NCBI RefSeq assembly: GCF_006345805.1
Contig: NC_043009.1
Coordinates: 55,304,001-55,368,000, forward strand
Source: Octopus sinensis
Taxonomy: Eukaryota
Length of the DNA: 64,000 nucleotides
Reading direction: 5' to 3'
Below are positions 53,926 to 64,000 of this stretch, one piece after another. The translations under genes were made by a program, and so were the position numbers. How positions within the stretch are numbered: the stretch's first letter is position 1; each line of letters begins with the position of its first letter. The notes beneath the pieces were generated by a model. It was not told the DNA's origin. It ran no database searches and saw only the letters and a list, made by a program, of their open reading frames with translations.

Positions 53926-55367
53926 GAATGATTCTAGTACTTGACTGATATTTATTTTGTTAACACAAGAAGATAACAACTTACACAAAATTTGAAATGA
54001 GACCATCCATTCCCAATGAGTCCCCTAAAAGTAGACTCATTCATTCATACATTCCCTGCTCACACACAACCAAATCAATGTCATTAGCCTCCACTGTGGC
54101 TGGCATCAGAACCATCAGTAATATGTGTAGCGACATCATTTTCCAGTGTGCGTGTGTGGGACGTCATTCTTCAGTGTGTGTGTGCAGGGCTGGAACCTTC
54201 TGGAAAGGCCCCACACACGATCAAACTGCCATGCCTGCATCCTCATCATCATATTATTTAATGTCTGCTTTCCATGCTGGTCAGACAGTTTGACAGGAGC
54301 TGATCAGCTGAAGGGCTGTTCAGGTTCCATGTCTGTTTTGGCAAGGTTCCTACTACTAGATGCCTTTCCTAATACCCATATATACATTAAATAAAACCAG
54401 TTCCTTTACAGTGTTGACCCGGAGTCTGGTCATAGACCATAGAACACTCAACCAAGATCTAGTTTCTACCGAGCCTGAACCAATCAGTCAACCACCATCT
54501 CCGACGCAGTCATCATCATCGTTCAACAATTCGTCTCAAGCATTTGTCAGCCATTCCATCGTCGACAGAAAATTTGACTTAAGCTGTTAGTGTGATCCGT
54601 GCACCAAGCATAACAGGCAGTCCAACTTAAGAATATACAGTTTAAAATACATAACATAAAAAAATAAAAAATTTCATGTTAGCACACATGCACACTGGAA
54701 AATGACGTCACTACATATATAAACAGACTGGATAGCAAACTAGATATGACTAGCTCCAGTTATCTGTTTACCAATAATAAATAAGGAGTTAGTCGTACGA
54801 CCCTGAAGAGTGGAATATTCAGAATGCAAGGTTTGTAGAAGGCATTGATTTGTTGCAAGGTTAATTCCCCAGTTACTGCTGGAGCTCATTTACAGCTGAC
54901 TGAATCAGAACAACACGAAATGAAGTGTTTTGCTCAAGAACACAATCTAGAAACCTGTCTGAAAATCTTATGACTGTAAGTGCAATACTCTAACAACTAG
55001 ACCATGTTAGTGAAGGTTCCATGTGAGTGAAGGTTCATGGCATAGTTGTTAGGGTATTGCACTCACAATCATAAGATTTTCAGTGTGGTTTCCAGACTAG
55101 ACTGTGCATTGTGTTCTTGAGCAAGAACCTTCACTAACATGGCAAAATGAACGTAAAACTAAATGTATATATATTCCCTAATGTGTATAAGTGAAAGATG
55201 TAGACATCAATGTTAAAAACTGATAAACTGGTGTGTCTGAAAACAAAAATACTTTGTAGTATTTATTCTCCTTTTTTTTTTTTTTTTGAGATTAAAAGCT
55301 GTGTGACAATAATAACAACAAGTAAAATAATACTGTTACTATGACTAACACTTCATTGATATTTTAC

Positions 55368-55488
55368 CTGTGTTGGAGTAAGTTCAGTGTTCATGAATTG
55401 CACAAATGACATGATGCTGGCTACAGTCCTGGGTAAATCAAAGTCATCACACAAAGCTTCTCCCACTGACATCTGTAATTGATCCAGC
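55368..55488 (-). CDS. CARS2: CysRS exon, helical anticodon-binding region (LDQLQMSVGEALCDDFDLPRTVASIMSFVQFMNTELTPTQ)
   Basis: ALCDDFD motif; cttttag/gtaaaa boundaries; 121 nt. Confidence 0.93.
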
Positions 55489-55785
55489 CTAAAAGAGGGG
55501 GAAAAACCCACAAAGCCTGATAGTTAGGATTCTGTGTTTGTATGGAGAAACATAATATTGCTATGTAGTGCAGTAGTGGTGGAAGTAATCTTTTGTATAT
55601 GGTTATTGCTGTTGTTGTTGTTGTTGTTAAGCAACAAGACGGGTAAGGGTGATTAGGTGATAGCCTAGGGCTTAGGGGCGAGTGAAATGCATATATATAC
55701 ATTACACACACACACACACATATATATATATACACACATTACATATATATATATATATATATATACACATTACATATATATATAA

Positions 55786-55877
<92 letters not shown>

Positions 55878-56366
55878 GCTTCCACACAGTTTCTATCTAC
55901 GAAATTCAGACACAAAGCAATAGTTGGCCTGGGGCTATAATAGAAGACACCTGCCCAAGGTGTTTGCTGCACAGTGGGACTGAACCTGAAACCATGTAGT
56001 TGCAAAGGAAGCTTCTTAACCACATAACTATGCTTGTGCTTATATGTGCAAACTCACAAATTTGTATACAAGTATACATACATACTTTTTCATAAATACT
56101 GATTTTTACCTCTGGACTTGCACAAATGGGATGGTTTTTCCTGTCGGAGTAATTGTTTTTACAACTGGATGCCCTGCCTACCGCCATACAAGCCTGAGTC
56201 TATATGATCTAAACTATAAGGTCATTTCAAACGTTTATGAGAACACATTCATGTGAGTATGTGTGCAGGTATGTATGACAAGTGTAAATCTGTGTGTATA
56301 TGTGGGTACTTAAGAGTGTGTGTATACATGCAAGTATATGTGTGTATTAGAAACGAATATACCTAC

Positions 56367-56505
56367 TTTGATAGTATTTCTGACTCACTGATATTTCCAC
56401 AGTTCATCTGTCCCTGGATATAGGCTGAAGAGTTCTGCAGGTAGGATTCAATCTGGGTGAGAAGTTTTGATGCTTTCTCTATTGATTCCTTATGGTAAGA
56501 AATTC
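56367..56505 (-). CDS. CARS2: CysRS exon (ISYHKESIEKASKLLTQIESYLQNSSAYIQGQMNCGNISESEILS)
   Basis: ttccag/gtaggt boundaries; 139 nt; open and phase-consistent with both neighbours. Confidence 0.88.
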
Positions 56506-58199
56506 CTGGAATTATATGACACTTTGGGTTTTTTTTTTACAGCTTTTACATGCAGACATCAACTATGTTTCTCCATAAAAGGTTCATCATTTATCTCTAC
56601 AGACTCTAATCATCTCAGAAAGATTAAGTAATTTTATATAACAGATTATGTCATGCTCATGTAGTATAAACTGAATTCCTCAGTGTTTGTCAAATCCTTA
56701 ATTTCCACATGCTACATGTTGTTTATACATGTTCAGAGAAAATATGACAAGAATACTAGGCCAGTAGAGAGTATAAAGAGATTTGAAATAACAGTTTGAT
56801 TACTATGGCTTAGGTTTTAACCCAAAGCAATCATTACATTAAGTTTTAAACAAATAGTATTTCTTTTCTTTCACCCCCCCTCACCATTGAGCAGTTTTCT
56901 TAATAAATGCTTTCCAAATACAGCGTATCTAGAAGTACATAAACTTAAGTGTCCTTGTTTTAAGAAGGGAAATGTATGATTTGAGAGAAATTTGGTTCCT
57001 ATTTCTGGTAGGCTGAGAATGACTAGTTAGTGGTTCAATCTCTAGTTAGTTCCCATGGAGAAGGGACATAACTCTGTTTTGGTTTACCCAAATGACACTT
57101 GTAATACTCGTAATCATCATCACCAATATTCTTTTCTACTCTAGGCACAAGCCTGAAATTTTGGGAGGGAGAGAGCCAGTCGATTAGATCGACCCCAGTA
57201 CACAACTGGTACTTAATTTATCGATCCCGAAAGGATGAAAAGCAAAGTCGACCTCGGCGAACATCGTCTTTAACAAATTCACATTCTGGCTGGCATCATG
57301 TTCACCAAAATATCCACTGCTGTTACTTATCATCAGCATCAATAGGGACAGACGTGGCTGTGTTGTTAAGGAGCTCACTTTGCAACCACATGGTTTCAGG
57401 TTCAGTCCCACTGTGATGACCTTGCGTAAGTGTCTTCTAATAGCCCAGGGCTGATCAATGCCTTGTGGGTGAATTTGGTAGACACTCACTCCATTGTTAT
57501 TACAGGACATTTCTTAAGATTTCAGGGCAGAAAATATGTGATTCATATTTTTAGATGCTGGCGAACTTACTGAATGAAATTTGGCTGAAATATAAAGCCA
57601 TTTAATAACCTGAAGGTGTTCGTACTTATACTTGTGCTGGTGGCACATGAAAAAAACATTGGAGCGAGGTCGTTGCCAGTGCTGCTGGACTGGCTCCTGT
57701 GCAGGTGGCACATAAAAAGCACCATTTGAACATGACCGTTGCCAGTACTGCCTGACTGGCCCTTGTGCCGGTGGCATGTAAAAGCACCCACTACGTTCTC
57801 GGAGTGGTTGGTGTTAGGAAGGGCATCCAGCTGTAGAAACTCTGCCAGATCAGATTGGAGTCAGGTGCAGCCATCTGGTTCGCCAGACTTCAGTCAAATT
57901 GTCCAACCCATGCTAGCATGGAAAGCGGACGTTAAACAATGATGATGATGATGTTAAAATTTTCATTAAAATTTCATTACAGCATAAATATTGAGATGCC
58001 AGATAGTCAACACTAATAATATATATATATACACTTACATATACACATTAAGTTATAGATATTTTATTAAACCGTTTCCACAATCTTGGTTGTATAGAAA
58101 ATTAAGTGAAATATGTAGGTAATCAATTCATTAGGAATGGAGAATGTATGGGAGAAAAATTATGATAAGGATGGCAACATAAGAGATTTGAAAACTTAC

Positions 58200-58331
58200 T
58201 TCTGCGATAATGAGTAAGCATGCAGAAGAAACGGAACTGGTCAGCTGTGTGGGTCTTTAGAAAATCTGATATCAATACAACATTCTTTAGAGACTTTGAC
58301 ATTTTCTCTTGGTTTTTAATATGAAGATGAC
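58200..58331 (-). CDS. CARS2: CysRS exon with KMSKS signature ([44 protein letters not shown])
   Basis: Class I aaRS KMSKS motif; cctttag/gtaagt boundaries; 132 nt; absent from the ORF track. Confidence 0.97.
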
Positions 58332-60439
58332 CTAAAGGAAAGATAAAAATAAATCACCTTTTGAGTAATAAAATCTTGAAGAAACTCAAATAAACAAAAA
58401 TCATAACAAAATTCATAATCATCATCACCAATATTGTCTTTAACAAAATAACATTCTGACTGGCATCATGTTCACCAAAATATCCACTGCTGTTACTTAT
58501 CATCAGCATCAATAGGGACAGACATGGCTGTGTTGTTAAGGAGCTCACTTTGTAATCACATGGTTTCAGGTTCAGTCCCACTGTAATGACCCTGGGCAAG
58601 TGTCTTCTTATAGCCCAGGGCTGACCAATGCCTTGTGAGTGAATTTGGTAAATAGAAACTGTGTGGAAGCCTATCATGCATGTATGTGTGTGAGTATGTG
58701 TGTCTTTGTGCTCCAGTAATTGCTTGACAACTGGAGTTGGCTTGTTAATGCCCCCACAACTTAGCAGCTCAGCAAGAAAGACTAATAGAATAAGTACCAA
58801 ACTTAAAAATTAAGTACAAGGGTTGATTAGCCTGAATAAACCCTTTAAGGTGGTGCCCCAGCATGGCTACCGTCTAATGACTAAAACAAGTAAAAAATAA
58901 AATAAAAGACCAACACTGACATTATCCTAAAATCATTATCATCAACACTTCAACATCACCATTGCTCACTAGATACATTAAAGAAATTAGTACATCTCAT
59001 GTCTCTTTCTTTCTTAACAACTCCACTCATAAATTTAAATTTCTAAATGTTTTGTCTGGAGGTTTTTTTCCTTTTGCTTTTGTACACCTTGTTTCTCATG
59101 ACTGTATGGTTGTTAGGCTTTTTCTGTTGGCGCAATTGTTTTTAATACCCGATAATTATTCTTACAAAAACAAAAATACAACCATACAGTCAGACTGGAA
59201 CTGGATTTCACCCTTCATGTTTGGCTCCTTTTCCTGAGGAGTTGTGCACCTGAGTACAGTATACAGTAAGTTCATTGTATTATATTAGCATTTAAACCAA
59301 CTACATCTTGCCCAAATAGTCTACCTGTTTGTGTTCAAACTGGCCAGAACCAACCTCTCACATATACCTTCTACAATGTCATTCTAAAAATAAACAAACA
59401 CATCATTGAACTCTTGAAGCTACAAGATAATGCATGATAAATTCAAAACAATGTGACTATATAAGCTCTGCATTTGGGAGAGTAGTCTGAATGTTGAAGG
59501 CTTAAACCTGACAGGAAAACACCACACAATCAACAGACTAATGGCTGCCTCTACACACCACCGAACAGTACGTCAACTTTGTCTACAAGATCAACAGTCC
59601 AGCCTGACCACAAAGCCTCTTACACATCCTTGTTGTAACCTGTTATATTAATTTATTTCATGTATGGCAATCATTGTATTTTATAACAGAGAATAAATCA
59701 TCGCTTACCAGTTCATTCTCATCTCATGTCGTATATCATTTTCACATGCTACACAGAAAAAATCAGAAGGCAATGATTTGTATTCATGTTCAAAATTGCA
59801 GCAATTTTATTACAGGTTTCCAAAAACTCTGAACAAATGTGTGTGACTGAAAAACTTATGATGTGTGCAAAACATCATAATGTAGACATACAGTCTGGTA
59901 GGAATAACATTGTATGACATGAATAATTTCAGTTTCACTTACTACTATTTACCAAGACTCTACACTGAAGCTGATAACAATTCCATAGTATAAAACTGGA
60001 CAAATGTCATAGTGCAGATACTAATCTTGCTGGAGAAGCTAATTTCAGCAAACAGGATATAATAAGACTCATAACTGCTTAAAAGAAACAAATGTCAAGT
60101 GAAGAACTGGACACAAGGATTCAGAGTAGCTAAAGAAAACTTAGCCCAGTAGTCATAACGACTAGGAAAGTGAATAAATAACTTTCCATGTTCTAGATGA
60201 GGCTGAGAGAATGAGGAGCTTGAAAGTACATCGTTAACAGTTCGACATCTTCACAGCAACTAACTCAACTTACTGTTTTTAGGTGTGTTTTCAACTTGGG
60301 CGTAAGATGTTGTTTGAATGTGTGCAACGTCAGCTTAACTGGTCAGCATCTGTCCTAAACAACTAACTTGCGCTCCAGTAAAAAAAAAAATTTATCAGGT
60401 CTTACTACAACAGGAATGCCACATTTGTGTATTTCTTAC

Positions 60440-60573
60440 CTGTGTGAAGCCAATAATTGCACCATTGCTTGCATCCATGATATGTCTGGGACTGAGCAAG
60501 CTCATTTTCATGGTGTGGGAAAATAAGGTCTTCTCCTCCAGAGTGCAAATCAAAGTTGGAACCAAAGATTTTG
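60440..60573 (-). CDS. CARS2: CysRS exon ([44 protein letters not shown])
   Basis: DxHxGGxDLxFPHHENExAQS zinc-ligand motif; AG/GTAAGA boundaries; 134 nt. Confidence 0.97.
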
Positions 60574-61132
60574 CTGGAAGTAAACAATGCAATAAATAGG
60601 ATTTTTTTACATAAAGAGCACGAACATTCAACAGCTGTCATATTGTTTAGCATGGGGGTTAGGGTGTTGCACTCACAACTGCAAGATAATAGTTTTAATT
60701 TGTGAACCAAGTGGTATGTTGTGTTCTTGGGCAAAACACTTACTTTTACATTGTTCCAGTCTACTCAGCTGTGTTTCCTAGCAAGATAATATTTCTCCTT
60801 GGCCAGAAATGTTTTCTCATTATGACAGTGACACTCATTTACAACTATTACTCAATGTGAAGACAAAGAGACACAAACATACATGTACAAACACGATGGG
60901 CTTCTTTCAGTCTTTCTACTAATTCTCCTTACAAAGCTTTCGTCAGCTTGGTGTATAGTAGCTAGCAAGGTATCATGCAGTGGGACTGAACCTGAAACTA
61001 TGTGGTTGGCAAGCAAACTTCTTCATCACACAGCCATACCTGCACCAACTTTCTCTTAATATACTACAGAACTAATAATTATGATAATAATATGAAAAAA
61101 TCCATACACGCACACATCAAAAACTGACTTAC

Positions 61133-61259
61133 CTTGCCATGGCAGAACATTCAATATGCCATCCTGGTCGGCCCTTACCCCAAGGAGACTCCCAGGAAGG
61201 CCCCTCTTTCATGGCTTTCCATAGAGCAAAATCCAACGAGCTACGTTTGCCTTCATGAG
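61133..61259 (-). CDS. CARS2: CysRS exon ([41 protein letters not shown])
   Basis: Hallmark DFALWK...[12 protein letters not shown] motif; AG/GTAAGT boundaries; 127 nt, phase-consistent. Confidence 0.97.
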
Positions 61260-61880
61260 CTGGAAAGAAATTACAGAAAAGGAAAGGTCTTATTTCAAGA
61301 TGTTTTTTGTGTAGATTTACCAATTTATAATATATACATATGTGTGCATGTGTATTTGTTCCCTCTACTGCTTGACAACTGGTGTTGGTTTGTTTATGTC
61401 CCTGTAACTTAGTAGTTTGACAATAGAGACTGATAGAATCAGTGCCTGACATAAATATAAGTTCAGCAAAAGAGAGTGATAGAATAAGTACCAGGCTTAA
61501 TGTAAGGACTGGAATTGATTTGTTTGACCAAACCCTTCAAGGCCCCAGCATGGCCTCAGTCCTATGACTGAAGCAAGTAAATGATAAAAGTTATCAATCC
61601 CTGCTTTGACATGGGCTCTTGACATTATACACAGAAACCCTGGATTGCTTAGACATCAAATCCTCTTTTTAAGCCTAACTACTCTACTCCAACAGAGTGT
61701 AGAAGCATGAAATTTGGAACTGTTTTAGTTGGAAGAATTTCAAGAAATAAGTAGTTTGAGAGTGGTACATTTGATTTGTTTTTTACTCCTTTAGTCTTTT
61801 TACAAGCATAGGTATTCATTTTATCAACCTTCAACTTAACAAGTTGACCAGAACACTAAAATACTTTCCAAAATACTAAC

Positions 61881-61958
61881 TTGATTCTTCAAATATTTCC
61901 TGTTTCTGGCGCAGCTGACCATAGTCTGGATATGCTTCAACATCAAAGTAAACGCTTC
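61881..61958 (-). CDS. CARS2: Mitochondrial-type cysteinyl-tRNA synthetase, internal exon (GSVYFDVEAYPDYGQLRQKQEIFEES)
   Basis: tttccag acceptor and gttagt donor; SVYFD motif of CysRS; phase joins the next exon. Upstream exons are not in the window. Confidence 0.85.
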
Positions 61959-63335
61959 CTGGAAACAAAATACAATAATCATACATGTGCATGTGTATAT
62001 ATATATATATGTTACATTTAATAGAAGTAGTATTGAATTAAAATAGCCATCTATGTTGTATGATAATTAATGTAATACATCACTGAATGGTAATTCATTG
62101 CAGTTTTCATTGAGAGAAACAGCTCCTATGAAGAAATTCATTAAAAAAAATGGTTAAGTTGACAGAGAAATAATCAGACAACTAGCCAAAAGGCTGGTGT
62201 TTCACAACCCATCATTGGCACTTATGTATTCATAACTAATACCTTTAACTTTAACTGGCTTAATTGACCAAAATATAAATAGATATCATGAGGAAGAAAA
62301 GGTGGCTGACAAGCATTTCCTAGATCTTTAAAACCAAGCTCAGGTTCTGCAAAGAACAAAAACTCCTCTGAAGTTATAAATGAATTCCCCACCCCTACAA
62401 CTGATCAAAATATTGGTTTCAAATTTTGGTACAAGGCCGGCAGTTATTTTTTGGGTGGGGATAAGTCGATTGCATCAACCCCAATGCCCAACAAATTCTG
62501 TCTGACACATACAAGCATGGAAAAGTGGACATTAAACAACGATGATGTTCATGTCTAAAGACCAATATACAGTGTACAGTAAATTGTCTAGTAGCTTAAA
62601 AGCTGCACTCCATGCAGATTTTTATACCTACAGTACAAAACTAAAGAGAGCAATAATAATAAAGCATTTATCGGTACCCTACCAATATGGTATTACTTTT
62701 AATTCAGTTTAAATGAAAAAATTCATAAACTTTTGGAGTTCTTTTAAAATTCGAATTTCCTATTGTTAGGATGTAACAAATCCTCATCCAGGCCTAATCC
62801 CAATGCTGGATGGTAAAGAACCAAATGAAGGGCAGATTTTCAATTCTGGGATCATCCTGATTCCAGAAAAAGGTATAATATATCTATGTAGAGCATATGT
62901 AGACTGAAATACAAGGGTCCCAGACAGACAGAATTTCGCATATATTATTATAAATGTACAGACAGACTCAGTAGCCATGAGTACATTTGGTTAGCTTATA
63001 GAATCTATGTTTAGTGAAGAGGTAAACAGAATATATACCAGATGTTTTTCATAAAAATATTAAGTTATTTTACAATTTCTTATGTTACAAACTTCTGTCT
63101 ATTGATCCTTCAACCAAAAGCCACAAGGTTAGGAGATGTTTTGGCACAGCTGTTTTAGCATTGCTGATTTAGCATCAAATGATTCTCTCCCTCCCCCCCT
63201 TTCTCTGCTTATGCATGTGAGCATATTTCTCTGTGTCTCTGAGGAGAGGAAAAGTGTTTATGTTGATTGTATTCAATTAATAAACTGTAACATCTCTCTC
63301 TCTCTTTTTATTAGTGTTTCTAGTAATGAGTATTA

Positions 63336-63750
63336 TATCATCATCATCATCGTTTAACGTCCGCTTTCCATGCTAGCATGGGTTGGACGATTTGACTGAG
63401 GTCTGGCAAACCAGATGGCTGCACCAGACTCCAATCTGATCTGGCAGAGTTTCTACAGCTGGATGCCCTTCCTAACGCCAACCACTCCGTGAGTGTAGTG
63501 GGTGCTTTTTATGTGCCACCAACACAGGTGCCAGACGAGGCTGGCAAACGGCCACGCTCGGATGGTGCCTTTTACGTGCCACCGGCACGGAGGCCAGGCG
63601 AGGCTAGCAACAGCCACTATCGGATGGTGTTTGTTACGTGCCACCAGCACGGAGGCCAGTCGATGCGGTGCTGGCTACAGCCCTGTTCAGATGGTTCTCT
63701 TATGTGCCACCGGCACTGGTACCAAAACTACAAATTCCATTGATGTTGAT
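63336..63750 (-). mobile_element. RTE 3'UTR-only insertion with (GAT)n tail, representative copy
   Basis: Closely similar to the 29466-29900 tail. Others at about 8875-9135(+), 13310-13630(-), 15795-16016(+), 41935-42165(-), 50020-50490(+), 57635-57953(+). Confidence 0.85.
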
Positions 63751-64000
63751 CAGAGCTAAAACAAGTTGAATGTCCATTCAACTATCTTATGAAGAAAAAG
63801 TGATCATTAAGATTATTTGTTTGTATCAGAACTGAAGTAAGCCATAGTAAGCTAAATCTAATCTTGTTTTCAGTTTACTACTTACATAGTAGCAGCTTTG
63901 AGAGAGGTGCGAACATTACAATATCCCTTTTCTTAAAAAACCTTGTACTTTATGCAATGTGAGAAACAATATCAGAGATAAAAAAAAACATGCAGGTTTC

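Overview
Eukaryotic, AT-rich genomic DNA dense in microsatellites and retroelements. The SINE families and RTE tails suggest a coleoid cephalopod, probably Octopus (inference). The only well-supported host gene is the 3' part of a mitochondrial-type cysteinyl-tRNA synthetase (CARS2) on the minus strand. It has 10 phase-consistent exons from 61958 to the stop at 48594, and its 5' exons lie beyond the window. The rest is tRNA-derived SINEs, RTE/CR1/R4 LINE remnants, a Penelope-like GIY-YIG remnant, several MITEs and a probable Helitron. The most interesting unannotated signal is about a dozen minimal type I hammerhead-ribozyme (HHR) motifs, intact, degenerate or core-variant (including a G3:C8 swap and a U3:A8-like core). 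They lie in Penelope-like segments, often next to (TA)n and often folded back into inverted repeats. Several other long local inverted duplications are also present. Nearly all ORFs in the supplied track are microsatellite or SINE artefacts.
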